Shown here: piece after piece, positions 46,968 through 56,713 of the stretch
Layout: the number at the start of each line of letters is the position of its first letter
Numbering within the stretch: position 1 is the first letter of the stretch
From: Candidatus Falkowbacteria bacterium
Lineage (GTDB): Bacteria; Patescibacteriota; Patescibacteriia; UBA11705
NCBI GenBank assembly: GCA_003518055.1
Contig: DOZJ01000006.1
Span: forward strand, 136,912 to 200,911
Direction: 5' to 3'
Length of the DNA: 64,000 nt
The notes under the pieces: generated by a model
Told to the model about the DNA's origin: nothing
Seen by the model: the letters and a program-made list of their open reading frames with translations, nothing else
Databases searched by the model: none
Position numbers and translations under genes: made by a program

Positions 46968-47763
46968 AGGAGCGCCTCCTGGATGGCCCCCACTGCAAAA
47001 TTGATGGGCCGAAATTCATAGGCGTTCCAATCATAGTAATGCCGGAGCATTGGAGAGTCTACCCTGGAGGGTGACTGGTCAGGAATGACCACCAGTGTTT
47101 CCGGCTTGTTGTTCCCCCACGCGGATGCCCTGCGCGCTCGTTCTGAGCCGCCGGTCGTAAGGGGGATGCGACGGAGCTAAGGCTCTTGTCCGCAATCGCT
47201 TCGGGGCGGCATTCATGTCGTTCGGCGGCGGGTTTCGCGGAGATTTGAGCCCGAGCGCTCCGTATTGGGAGAGAGGGTTTTGGCTACCTGGCGTCGAAAG
47301 ATGCCAAAGGATAAGCTGACAGGGGGCAAATCTGTCAGTGGAAATCCGGGGGTACCTAGACCTTCGGAGTGGTGGCTGATCCCACCATCCAAGCCACGTA
47401 CCGGCACAAGCATGCCTACGATTTGGCGGGCCGGTATGGTCGTGTTGAGTGGCAACAATCCCTGATTGTGGCGTATCGGCAGCAGGTCTGTCGGCGTTCA
47501 GTGGGGTGAGCCGCGGCGACATTAGTTGCCAAAGAGGTTGGCGAAGGCTTAGTAGGATGGGTCTTCGCTGAACGCGCCCTCTGGCAGCAAAAAGACAGCA
47601 CAGGCGATTGGGTAGCGCAAACCCGGACGTCTGACGCTCCTCTAGGATAAAATTGGGGATTGCGGTGAAGATGAGAACGTGCCCCCGTTTGATTCCGAGC
47701 CTCTTTCCCCGCGTTTATAAATTTAATCCCGCTGGCGTCACTACGTCTGCGGGCTTTGTTTTT
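46968..47763 (+). ncRNA. Candidate large structured noncoding RNA (about 800 nt, GC about 60%, class unknown)
   Basis: No protein-like ORF on either strand (only Arg/Pro-rich artefacts). Many local hairpins, including UUCG-capped (47356-47372; cgcUUCGggg around 47215) and GNRA-capped (GGCGTC-GAAA-GATGCC, 47290-47305) stems. 3' end has stem CCCGC..GCGGG followed by a T-run. Strand is inferred. Confidence 0.45.
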
Positions 47764-47952
47764 AAAAAAAATATTTGTTTTGTGAATGTAGGTAGAGGGT
47801 TGAAGGGCAACTCCTTTTTTTGTCCACATTGCTAAACGAGTTTTTTGTGGTAAATTGTAGATATCATGGGAAATTTATAGAAAAAAAGAAATTGATTGAA
47901 ATTTATTGGTTGACCATCTAAATTTCCATTTATTTCAAATAATTTCATTATT

Positions 47953-49779
47953 ATGAATAGTGATAGCAAAATAAAAATATTACCACCGGAATTGGTGAAT
48001 CAGATTGCCGCTGGTGAGGTGGTTGAACGGCCGGCTTCGGTGGTAAAGGAATTGGTGGAGAATTGTCTGGATGCTGGGGGGCGGAATATTTCGATTGAAC
48101 TTACTAACGGTGGGGTTGATTTGATTCGAATTACGGATGATGGTTCGGGAATGTCGCCGGAAGACGCTCGGTTATCAATCGCTCAACACGCTACCAGTAA
48201 AATAAAAACTATTGATGATTTGTTCAGTGTCGTGACCATGGGATTTCGCGGTGAGGCTTTGGCCAGTATTTCTTCGGTCAGTCAGTTCAAATTAACCACA
48301 AAACAAAAAGGCCGGATGGCCGCGACGCAGCTGAGTGTATTTGATAATCAGATTGAAACAGTGGAGGTCGGCGCGCCGGAGGGGACTACAATTGAAGTGA
48401 AAAATCTTTTTTATAACATTCCGGCGCGTAAAAAATATTTGAAGACGGCGGTGACGGAATATAATCATATTGTGGATTTGTTTCTGTACTATGTTTTGCT
48501 TCACAAACAGATCAATTGGACGCTCAGCCACAATGGAAAAGTCGTGTATCAATTTACGGCGATAGATGATCACCAAGGTCGAATTTTTGAAGTTTTGGGT
48601 CGAGAGGTGGCGGAGAATTTACTTGATGTTGATTATAATGGCGTGGAATTCAAAATCAAGGGTTTTATCGGCCGGCCGCAGATTGCCAGAAACAATCGCA
48701 AGCTGCAGTATTTGTTTGTGAATAATCGACCGGTAGATGAATATGTAATCGCCAAGCAGATTAAAGATGCTTTTGCCACGTTGATTCCGCATACTTTATA
48801 TCCGGTTTATATTTTATCGCTTGACATTGAGCCGAGTGCGGTGGATGTGAATGTTCATCCACGAAAAATGGAAGTGCGATTTTCCGAGCCGCAAAAGATT
48901 TATAAAATGATATATCGGGTGGTGGCGGAGACACTCGACAAGAATGAATTGACCAAACAGATTCATGATTTTGAGTCTACGTCCGAAGTGATTTTCAAGC
49001 AGCGAGAAAGGTTTCAGGGGGCCAATCAGATGCCGGTTCAAACTAACTGGCGCGGTGGTGAAACCGGTTTAACCGGACAATTTAATTCCCAGATTAGTCA
49101 AAAGTTTGATTTTGTTCCACAGGGGAATCACAATCAGGTTGTTTTGGGCGCAGTTGAAAGTGAAGATTCAAGTATAACTAATCACAGGGGATTTAAAGTA
49201 ATTGGTCAGGTTAATCGGTCATATATTGTGGTTGAAACAAATAGCGGACTCAAAATATATGATCAGCACGCTTCAAGTGAGCGGGTACAGTTTGAGAAGT
49301 TAAAGCAAGACTGGCAAGCGGGGCATGTCAGTCAACAGACATTGCTTTTACCCGAGCAGATTGTTTTTCCGCCGCAGGAAATTCATGTAGTGGAAGGGAA
49401 TTCAGAGTTTTTACAGATTATGGGATTCACGCTGGAGCCTTTTGGCGGTAATACCTACATTTTAAGCGCTGTCCCGCAGCTTTTAATTGACAAAAACGTC
49501 AAAGAAGCGCTGAAAGAGTTGGTCGGGTTATTGCTTGAATCACCAAATTCGGTCGGTAATAATCAGGAAGATATGCCTGATTCGGTTCGCCGCGTCATCA
49601 ATATGATGAGCTGTCGTAGTGCCGTCAAATTTGGAGATGAATTATCTGTACCGGGAATGTATGCTTTGATTGAAGCGCTTGAAGCCAATCCCAGCCAATA
49701 TACCTGTGTTCACGGCCGGCCATGCGTGATAGAATATAAGTATGAAGAATTGGAGAAGCTATTTAAGAGAAGGAACTAG
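47953..49779 (+). CDS. mutL: DNA mismatch repair protein MutL
   Basis: GHKL ATPase motifs (ELVENCLDAG, DDGSGM, GFRGEAL). C-terminal dimerisation domain. 608 aa. Confidence 0.9.
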   Translation: MNSDSKIKILPPELVNQIAAGEVVERPASVVKELVENCLDAGGRNISIELTNGGVDLIRITDDGSGMSPEDARLSIAQHATSKIKTIDDLFSVVTMGFRGEALASISSVSQFKLTTKQKGRMAATQLSVFDNQIETVEVGAPEGTTIEVKNLFYNIPARKKYLKTAVTEYNHIVDLFLYYVLLHKQINWTLSHNGKVVYQFTAIDDHQGRIFEVLGREVAENLLDVDYNGVEFKIKGFIGRPQIARNNRKLQYLFVNNRPVDEYVIAKQIKDAFATLIPHTLYPVYILSLDIEPSAVDVNVHPRKMEVRFSEPQKIYKMIYRVVAETLDKNELTKQIHDFESTSEVIFKQRERFQGANQMPVQTNWRGGETGLTGQFNSQISQKFDFVPQGNHNQVVLGAVESEDSSITNHRGFKVIGQVNRSYIVVETNSGLKIYDQHASSERVQFEKLKQDWQAGHVSQQTLLLPEQIVFPPQEIHVVEGNSEFLQIMGFTLEPFGGNTYILSAVPQLLIDKNVKEALKELVGLLLESPNSVGNNQEDMPDSVRRVINMMSCRSAVKFGDELSVPGMYALIEALEANPSQYTCVHGRPCVIEYKYEELEKLFKRRN

Positions 49780-49879
49780 GTATGAATAAAGACAAGTTAA
49801 AAAATTGAACAGAAATTTTCGTTGCATATAAATAGCGAGTGAGAAGAAAGAAGTATTTAACGATTATTGTATGAAAAGT

Positions 49880-50021
49880 TTGTCACCCTGAGGAACTCGA
49901 AGGGTGAGTCTTTAAACGCTTGTCTATGCTTCCCACCTACGTTAAAACTTCTGCCTTCGTTAAAACTCCGGCAGACAAGCCGGCGGGCAGGCGAGAGCCT
50001 CAGCATGACAAGTTTACTTAA
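49880..50021. repeat. GC-rich dispersed repeat R4 with intact 31-codon ORF (49926..50021)
   Basis: Contains ATGCTTCCCACCTACGTT...CCGGCGGGCAGGCGAGAGCC. Encodes MLPTYVKTSAFVKTPADKPAGRREPQHDKFT, homologous to the R3-encoded extension of AlaRS. Confidence 0.55.
49881..49910. repeat. Hairpin repeat H3 (reverse complement of H1/H2)
   Basis: GTCACCCTGAGGAACTCGAAGGGTGAG. Directly abuts repeat R4. Confidence 0.55.
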
Positions 50022-50026
50022 TTATT

Positions 50027-50740
50027 ATGCATGAACAGCCCACACAACAAAATATCAAGGAAGCGTTATTGAATTTGCCGTCGGTCAAAAAGGTTTTTGA
50101 GCAGCTGGGATATTTTGTCTCTTTGTATCATGAGGCGGAAGAAGGAAAGAAAAACGAGGTCTTGGGGCGGATGAAAAAGTTTTTGCCCCAATTTGATGTC
50201 TTGTTGGATAAAATGGCGGCGGCGGCACATTATTCGATTGATGATTTTGTTAATGATTTGATGGCGACGGATCGGCTTGAAGCTTTGAGACAAGCGTTGG
50301 CCGGCGCTGAAAATAAACGGGATTTTTCCGTCGGTGTCTTTAATATTGATTACAATCCGGCTGAGCATCGTTATGTTTTACATATGCCGCCATATCAGGG
50401 GCAAGATTTTCAGGCCGACTTTACAAGATCCATGTATTTATTGGCGGAGAAGATGGCCGCGGATGAAAAGGTTGAATTGGTTGAGGGCTATTCTTGGATT
50501 TTTAATATTCCTTTTGTCGGCGATTTGTTTAACAATGCCAGATTTGAGGATACAAGAAAAACGGAGCGTAACATGAATACGCGCGGCGAGTTTTCCGGTT
50601 CTCAGCGGTCAGCTTTATTATTCAACAAAAAATCACTCCGAGAGTATTTGCAAACAGGAGAAATGCCCATCACCACTGGACGGGTTTATTTGAGGGATGA
50701 TTTTTTGCGTGATTATTTAGAACCGACAAAAAAACAATAA
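50027..50740 (+). CDS. Hypothetical protein
   Basis: 237-aa ORF. No recognisable domain. Confidence 0.4.
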   Translation: MHEQPTQQNIKEALLNLPSVKKVFEQLGYFVSLYHEAEEGKKNEVLGRMKKFLPQFDVLLDKMAAAAHYSIDDFVNDLMATDRLEALRQALAGAENKRDFSVGVFNIDYNPAEHRYVLHMPPYQGQDFQADFTRSMYLLAEKMAADEKVELVEGYSWIFNIPFVGDLFNNARFEDTRKTERNMNTRGEFSGSQRSALLFNKKSLREYLQTGEMPITTGRVYLRDDFLRDYLEPTKKQ

Positions 50741-50966
50741 GTGGTAATGATTGATGTTTTTATGGTTGTTTTTTTTTGACAAATTTGATTTTGGTGTGTA
50801 TGTGGATAATAATTCGTCTTAAATTTGACAAAATATTCGATTTTAGTTATTATAGTGATACTTATTTAAGCCGTGAGGATAAATAATATTTTTTTGCTAA
50901 TTTACGCTGATTAACAGTGATATAAAGGGTGGCTACACACGTTAATGACGCAAACACCATAAAGTG

Positions 50967-50994
50967 TTGACATTATTTTATTTTACTGTATAAT
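50967..50994 (+). promoter_or_regulatory. Promoter TTGACA-16-TATAAT for infA
   Basis: TTGACAttattttattttactgTATAAT. Confidence 0.5.
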
Positions 50995-51011
50995 TAAGCT
51001 AGCTTTAACGC

Positions 51012-51230
51012 ATGGGAAACAAAAAAGACGTGATTGAAATGACGGGTGTGGTTGAAGAATTGCTGCCGGCGGCCATGTTTCGTATTGCTCTTGACAATGG
51101 CCACGAAATAACCGGTTTGCTGTCAGGGAAAATGCGGATGAATAAAATTCGTATTCTACCTGGTGACAAGGTTAAATTGGAGTTGACTCCATACGATTTG
51201 ACCAAGGGGCGAATCGTATATCGGTATTAA
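51012..51230 (+). CDS. infA: Translation initiation factor IF-1
   Basis: 72 aa, S1-like OB fold (...[16 protein letters not shown]...). Confidence 0.9.
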   Translation: MGNKKDVIEMTGVVEELLPAAMFRIALDNGHEITGLLSGKMRMNKIRILPGDKVKLELTPYDLTKGRIVYRY

Positions 51231-51253
51231 CTTCGAGCTCGATGATCGCGAAT

Positions 51254-51279
51254 AGCGGTTGGGGCCGCTTGTCATTTTT
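51254..51279 (+). terminator. Hairpin + T-run after infA (terminator/attenuator)
   Basis: AGCGGttggggCCGCT followed by tgtcaTTTTT. Confidence 0.4.
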
Positions 51280-51301
51280 ATGTCTAAAAAATATTTTTAA
51301 T

Positions 51302-51415
51302 ATGAAGGTTAGATCTTCGGTAAAAAAAATGTGCAAAGATTGTAAGGTTGTCAAACGCAAAGGGCGAGTGGTGATCATTTGCAAAAATCCTAAGCATAAA
51401 CAGCGTCAGGGTTAA
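51302..51415 (+). CDS. rpmJ: 50S ribosomal protein L36
   Basis: [37 protein letters not shown]. 37 aa, CxxC...C...H Zn ribbon. Not in the ORF track because it is below the 60-aa cutoff. Confidence 0.8.
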   Translation: MKVRSSVKKMCKDCKVVKRKGRVVIICKNPKHKQRQG

Positions 51416-51500
51416 TTTGGTATACAAATTTACTTGCCAAAGGACCAGTTAGTCCTAAAGGCGGACAAAACTACGAATACTACTAAAATTTTAAATTAAT

Positions 51501-51890
51501 ATGTTACGTATTTCAGGTGTTACACTTCCAAACGAGAAAAGAGTCGAAATCGCTTTGACCTATGTTTATGGTATCGGATTGGCTCATAGTCAGGATATTT
51601 TGGCGCAAGCCAAGGTGAGTCCGGATACCCGGGTCAAAAATTTGACTGAAGATGAGGAAAGCCGAATTCGCCAAGTCATTGAGGCTAACTATAAAATCGA
51701 GGGTGAACTTCGACGCGAGGTTTTGACCAATATCAAGATATTAAAGGAAATTAAATCGTACAGAGGTTCTCGTCACGTTAAGGGGCTGCCAGCTCGAGGC
51801 CAGAGAAGCAAAACGAATTCTCGGACTGTCCGCGGCAATGTTCGTCGAACAGCTGGAAGCGGTCGTAAATTGTCAGCGCAAAAAACATAA
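51501..51890 (+). CDS. rpsM: 30S ribosomal protein S13
   Basis: [26 protein letters not shown]... Confidence 0.9.
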   Translation: MLRISGVTLPNEKRVEIALTYVYGIGLAHSQDILAQAKVSPDTRVKNLTEDEESRIRQVIEANYKIEGELRREVLTNIKILKEIKSYRGSRHVKGLPARGQRSKTNSRTVRGNVRRTAGSGRKLSAQKT

Positions 51891-51946
51891 TGATAACAAC
51901 GTTAGTTTATAAATATTACCAAATTACGAGTACAAATTAATTAAAT

Positions 51947-52405
51947 ATGGCAGAAGAACAACAGACAACTGAACAACAACCGGTAGCGGAAACAACGGTT
52001 GATGAAAAATCAACCAAAAAAGTGAAAGCGGCAAAGGGACGAAAAAAAGTTATTAGACAAGTTTCTCTAGGCCGGGCTTTTGTTAAGGCTACATACAATA
52101 ACACCTTGATTACTTTTACCGATCAGAATGGCAATGTGCTTGCGACTTCGAGCGCGGGGGAGAATGGCTTTAGCGGTCCACGCAAAGCGACTCCGTATGC
52201 CGCGTCGGTGATTGTCAAGAAAGCCGCGGAAAAAGTTGCTCCTTTTGGATTGAAAGAGGTTAATGTTTTTGTAAAAGGTGTTGGGTTGGGCCGAGAGTCT
52301 GCAATTCGTTCAATTAATGCCAATGGGATTAATATATTATCAATCAAGGATGTGACGCCGATTCCTCACAATGGATGTCGTCGTCGTAAACCTCGAAGAG
52401 TATAA
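51947..52405 (+). CDS. rpsK: 30S ribosomal protein S11
   Basis: Core ...ATSSAGENGFSGPRKATPYAA..., with an N-terminal acidic extension. Confidence 0.9.
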   Translation: MAEEQQTTEQQPVAETTVDEKSTKKVKAAKGRKKVIRQVSLGRAFVKATYNNTLITFTDQNGNVLATSSAGENGFSGPRKATPYAASVIVKKAAEKVAPFGLKEVNVFVKGVGLGRESAIRSINANGINILSIKDVTPIPHNGCRRRKPRRV

Positions 52406-52414
52406 TCGAAGACT

Positions 52415-53059
52415 ATGCCAGAAATAACTACACAACAAGATGCTAAATGCAGAAGCTGCAGACGCTGCGGCCGAAAGCTTTTTTTAAAAGGTGATCGTTG
52501 TCTTACCCCAAGTTGCGCCGTGACAAAGAGAAAGTATGGCCCGGGTATGCATGGTGAAAAGAAAGTGGCCAGCCGAACCTCAGATTATGGCAGCCAATTG
52601 AAGGAAAAACAATCAGCCAGAACTTCTTATAATTTGCGCGAACGACAATTCAAAGCTTATTTTGACAAAGCGGTATCACACGAGGGTGAAACCGGTCAAA
52701 ATTTTTATCAAGTTTTGGAATTGCGTTTAGATAATATCGTAAGACGGTTGGGTTGGGGCAAGTCCATGAAGCACTCCAGACAGCTGGTGAACCATGGTCA
52801 TTTCTTGGTTAACGGTAAAAAGGTATCTATCCCTTCCTATCAAGTGAAAGTAAATGATATAATTACAGTCAAGGAAGCCAGCATGAAGAATCGACAAGCA
52901 TTCGCTGATTTGGCGGAGAGAATGAAGGGCAAGGAAGTCGCTGATTGGTTGTTTTATGATGAAAAAGAAATAAGCGGCAAAGTTGTTGGAGTGCCGAATG
53001 TCAGTAAAGTGGCTTTAGATTTTGACTTGAAAGCGATTATTGAGTTCTATTCACGTTAA
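52415..53059 (+). CDS. rpsD: 30S ribosomal protein S4
   Basis: N-terminal Zn-ribbon (CRRCGRK...C..C) and S4 RNA-binding domain. Confidence 0.9.
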   Translation: MPEITTQQDAKCRSCRRCGRKLFLKGDRCLTPSCAVTKRKYGPGMHGEKKVASRTSDYGSQLKEKQSARTSYNLRERQFKAYFDKAVSHEGETGQNFYQVLELRLDNIVRRLGWGKSMKHSRQLVNHGHFLVNGKKVSIPSYQVKVNDIITVKEASMKNRQAFADLAERMKGKEVADWLFYDEKEISGKVVGVPNVSKVALDFDLKAIIEFYSR

Positions 53060-53142
53060 TAAATAAAACCACCGAGTTGTAACCCAGGTTTATTTGTATC
53101 CGATGGAGGGTAGAGTAGCCAGGGCAGCTCGACAAAATGTGT

Positions 53143-53877
53143 ATGGAGTTATTTCTCCTTCCGTCAAAAATTGAATATAAAAAAGGTGAAAAACCGAATG
53201 AAGCGGTGTTGGAAGTAGAGCCGTTGTATTTCGGATATGGTACCACCATGGCGAACGCGTTGCGTCGAGTTTTGATGTCATCATTGCCGGGAGCGGCGGT
53301 GACAGCGGTGAAAATCAAGGGTGTAGATCAAGAATTTTCAGCGATAGAAAACGTAAAAGAAGATGCTTTGAATATAATTTTAAATTTAAAAAAATTAGCG
53401 GTAAAAGTCCACAGCGATGAACCGATAAAACTCAAGCTAAAAGTAAAGGGTGCAAAGACAGTGACGGCCGACGACATTGAGAAGAATAGCGATGTGGAAA
53501 TTATCAATACTGATTTGGAAATTTTGACTTTGACGGATAAAAAGGGCGAAATTGACATGGAAATTACAGTGGAAAAAGGCAGAGGATATATTCCGGTTGA
53601 GGAAAGAAGCCGCGATGATTTGGAAATCGGGACGATGATGGTTGACTCGGTTTTTTCTCCGGTAAGAAATGTGGGATATCAGGTGGAAAATGTTCGTGTC
53701 GGCGATATTACGGATTATGATAAATTGACCATGAATATTGAGACTGATGGCACGCTCACTCCGGAAGAAGCGGTATCCCAAGCGACTAAAATTTTAATAG
53801 ATCACTTTTCTTTGTTGCAGGGAGACAAAAAAAATGTCGACTTGAACGATGAAGAAGAGCCATCGGCCGCCGAATAA
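53143..53877 (+). CDS. rpoA: DNA-directed RNA polymerase alpha subunit, N-terminal domain only (no alphaCTD)
   Basis: NTD dimerisation/assembly domain motifs (GYGTTMANALRRVLMSSLPGAAVT). ORF ends after about 245 aa. rplQ starts 90 nt later, leaving no room for an about 80-aa alphaCTD. Confidence 0.8.
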   Translation: MELFLLPSKIEYKKGEKPNEAVLEVEPLYFGYGTTMANALRRVLMSSLPGAAVTAVKIKGVDQEFSAIENVKEDALNIILNLKKLAVKVHSDEPIKLKLKVKGAKTVTADDIEKNSDVEIINTDLEILTLTDKKGEIDMEITVEKGRGYIPVEERSRDDLEIGTMMVDSVFSPVRNVGYQVENVRVGDITDYDKLTMNIETDGTLTPEEAVSQATKILIDHFSLLQGDKKNVDLNDEEEPSAAE

Positions 53878-53966
53878 TTTTTAACATAAAGTTTTTAATT
53901 CTATTGCCAAGCCATTCATATCGATATGGCGCGTTAACCAGGCCGGTAGATAAATAACAGCGAAGT

Positions 53967-54320
53967 ATGCGACACAATAAACAAGGAAAAAAATTAGGAC
54001 GAACTCGGGACCCGCGAAATGCCCTGCTTAGAAGTCTGGCGACTAATTTTGTTTTGGCCGGAGGGAAGATTAAAACGACTGAAATCAAGGCTAAAGCGGT
54101 TAAGCCAATCATTGAAAAATTTATTACTGTCAGTAAAGTGAATAGTCTGGTGGCGAGAAGGAAGCTGCTTGAATATTTTTATCAAGAAAAAGCCGTAGAA
54201 AAACTCCTCAGTGAAATCGGACCTAAGTATAAGGATAGAAACGGCGGTTACACCAGAATTATTCATATTGGAGCTCGCAGAGGTGATAACGCTGAAGAAG
54301 TGATTTTAGAATTAGTATAA
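53967..54320 (+). CDS. rplQ: 50S ribosomal protein L17
   Basis: [24 protein letters not shown]... Confidence 0.9.
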   Translation: MRHNKQGKKLGRTRDPRNALLRSLATNFVLAGGKIKTTEIKAKAVKPIIEKFITVSKVNSLVARRKLLEYFYQEKAVEKLLSEIGPKYKDRNGGYTRIIHIGARRGDNAEEVILELV

Positions 54321-54331
54321 ATATTTTGAAT

Positions 54332-54682
54332 ATGGTACGACAAACACACACAATTGACGCGACAGATAGAGCCTTGGGCCGTTTGGCGTCCGAGGTGGCG
54401 AGTATTTTGCGCGGAAAGAATAAAGTAACATTTCAACCACACATTGACGGCGGAGATTTTGTGGCTGTAAAAAATGCCGCAGGGGTAAAATTAACCGGTA
54501 AAAAAATGATCCAGAAGGTATATCACCGTTATTCCGGCTATCCGGGTGGTTTGAAAACAACAAAGGCCGGAGATTTGATGAAGAAAAATCCTGAGAAATT
54601 GATTCATGATTCGGTATTAAAAATGTTACCGAAAAACAGACTCCGATCGGAAATGATCAAGCGATTGAAATTTGTAAAATAA
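54332..54682 (+). CDS. rplM: 50S ribosomal protein L13
   Basis: [29 protein letters not shown]... Confidence 0.9.
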   Translation: MVRQTHTIDATDRALGRLASEVASILRGKNKVTFQPHIDGGDFVAVKNAAGVKLTGKKMIQKVYHRYSGYPGGLKTTKAGDLMKKNPEKLIHDSVLKMLPKNRLRSEMIKRLKFVK

Positions 54683-54697
54683 TTGTATACTTATAGT

Positions 54698-55153
54698 ATG
54701 GTACAAAAAACCACTAAAACTGAAGAAAAAGAAGTAATCAAGGAAGTTGATCCCAAGAAAAGGGCAGAATATTTGTATTCCGTGGGCAAAAGAAAGACTT
54801 CTGTTGCTCAGGTTCGTGTCTTCAAAAAAGGCGAAGGTGAAATTGTGATCAACGAAAAGAAATTGCATGAATATTTTCCGACCAAAGAGCGTCAAGAAAC
54901 AGTAAAAGCGCCTCTAACTTTAATTGGTCAAGGCGATAAATTGAATGTTTCGGTCAAGGTTCTTGGCGGCGGCACCGTTAGCCAATCGGAAGCGATTCGA
55001 CACGGTGTATCCTTGGCGTTGGTGCAGTTGAATCCTAATTTTCGAAAACCATTAAAAAAGGCCGGTTACATTACCCGCGATGCCCGTAAGAAAGAGCGTA
55101 AGAAACCAGGTTTAAAACGCGCTCGTCGAGCACCGCAATGGAAGAAACGTTAA
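54698..55153 (+). CDS. rpsI: 30S ribosomal protein S9
   Basis: C-terminal ...GYITRDARKKERKKPGLKRARRAPQWKKR. Confidence 0.9.
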   Translation: MVQKTTKTEEKEVIKEVDPKKRAEYLYSVGKRKTSVAQVRVFKKGEGEIVINEKKLHEYFPTKERQETVKAPLTLIGQGDKLNVSVKVLGGGTVSQSEAIRHGVSLALVQLNPNFRKPLKKAGYITRDARKKERKKPGLKRARRAPQWKKR

Positions 55154-55264
55154 TTTTTGTCCAATATTGATTTTTCATCAAAAGATTCGCCTGTTAAGGT
55201 GGATCTTTTTTTCAAAGTTTAGACACTTTACCGCAAGTAAATTTATAGATATAATAAAGTTATT

Positions 55265-56710
55265 ATGATGAAAAAAACGGTTGCTCAAAATACGTCATAT
55301 TTAACATTCTCTTATATCGCGCAAAAGCTGTTATCTTTTGTTTATTTTGTGCTAATAGCGAGATTTTTGGGGGTTGAAGATTTGGGAAAATATACTTTTG
55401 CTCTGTCTTTCACCACGATGTTCGCGGTATTTATTGATTTGGGTTTGACGTCGGCTTTGATTAGGGAGATCGCGAAGTATACTGAAAAAGCGAAAGATTA
55501 TATTTCGGCCATAATCGGGGTAAAGCTAATCCTTGGCGTTTTGACTTATGTCGCGGTGGTTATAGCCATAAATTTAATGGGGTATCCGCTGCTGACCAGA
55601 CAATTGGTTTATTTGTCGGCAATCGTAATGGTTATGGATTCAATTACATTATCACTTTGGGGGGTTTTTCGCGGCCAGCAAAATTTAAAATTGGAATCAT
55701 TGAGTGTGATTTTGAATCAATTTTTAATTGTGACCATCGGGTTCGTGATTATATATTTAAATTTGCCCTTGACCTATTTGATGGCTCCGTTTATTGTTGC
55801 TAGTTTGTTTAGTTTAGTATTTGCTTTGACGATGATTAAATTACGCGTCGGTTCATGGCCGCAGATCCACTTTAATCATGAATTGCTGAAGCCGTTGCTT
55901 GTAATCGCGTGGCCGTTTGCTTTGATCGCTATTTTTAGCCGAATATATGGCAATGCTGATTCGGTTTTATTGTCATATTTACTGGGCGCTGACGGCGATA
56001 AAGCGGTTGGCTGGTATCAGGCAGCCATGAAGATTCCATTTGCTTTACAGTTTATCCCTTCCGCGTTTGCCGCGGCGATTTTTCCGGCGTTTAGTCATTA
56101 TTTTCATTCAGACCGGAAACAACTGACTTATATATTCAATAAGACCATGCTGCTTTTAACCATAATTGTGGTTCCGATGGCTTTTGGTTTGGTCAGTATT
56201 GCTCCGGAGGCGGTGGTTATATTATTCGGTTCTGAGTTTATGCCTTCAATTATAGCGCTGCAAATTTTGGCTTTGGGGCTGATTTTTGTCTTTTTGAATT
56301 TTCCCTTGGGGTCGCTATTAAATAGCTGTGATAAACAAGTTTTGAATACGAAAATGATGGGAATAGTATTGGTTATAAATTTGGGTTTGAATTTTATTTT
56401 TATTCCTCATTATCAATATGTAGCGTCCGCCATAATTTTCTTATTTACTCATGGTTTGTTGTTTGCCATGAGTTTACTCGCAGCCAAAGATATTATCCCA
56501 TACAGCAAAAGAAATTTAGTGTTAGTCTTTTTCAGAACAATAGTTAGTTCAATTGCGATGGTGGCCGTGGTTTTGTTTTTGAAGGCGTATATTGGTGTTT
56601 TTGGGGCTATTATCCCGGCGGTAGCGGTTTATTTGGTGGTATTGTATGTTATAAAGGGGTTTACGAAGGAGGACGTAATCTATTTAAGACAAGCCATTGT
56701 GAAAAAATAG
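55265..56710 (+). CDS. Polysaccharide/oligosaccharide flippase (MOP superfamily, Wzx-like)
   Basis: About 14 TM helices. N-terminal pattern of PST-family flippases. 481 aa. Confidence 0.6.
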   Translation: MMKKTVAQNTSYLTFSYIAQKLLSFVYFVLIARFLGVEDLGKYTFALSFTTMFAVFIDLGLTSALIREIAKYTEKAKDYISAIIGVKLILGVLTYVAVVIAINLMGYPLLTRQLVYLSAIVMVMDSITLSLWGVFRGQQNLKLESLSVILNQFLIVTIGFVIIYLNLPLTYLMAPFIVASLFSLVFALTMIKLRVGSWPQIHFNHELLKPLLVIAWPFALIAIFSRIYGNADSVLLSYLLGADGDKAVGWYQAAMKIPFALQFIPSAFAAAIFPAFSHYFHSDRKQLTYIFNKTMLLLTIIVVPMAFGLVSIAPEAVVILFGSEFMPSIIALQILALGLIFVFLNFPLGSLLNSCDKQVLNTKMMGIVLVINLGLNFIFIPHYQYVASAIIFLFTHGLLFAMSLLAAKDIIPYSKRNLVLVFFRTIVSSIAMVAVVLFLKAYIGVFGAIIPAVAVYLVVLYVIKGFTKEDVIYLRQAIVKK

Positions 56711-56713
56711 TTT

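Noticed and set aside
46968-47763. Identification of the GC-rich element as RNase P RNA, tmRNA, SRP RNA, 6S RNA, an rRNA fragment or a group II intron
   Set aside because: Universally conserved cores are absent: RNase P P4/CR-I..V, the tmRNA tRNA-like ends and tag ORF, SRP domain IV, group II 5' GUGYG and domain V. Only short chance matches exist (GGAAAUCCGGGGG, GGCUUAG, AGCCGCGG), and it is not embedded in a host gene.
47079-47829. ORFs of 137-147 aa on the minus strand and 60-66 aa on the plus strand within the GC-rich element
   Set aside because: Arg/Pro/Gly-dominated translations with no start context. They are artefacts of high GC.
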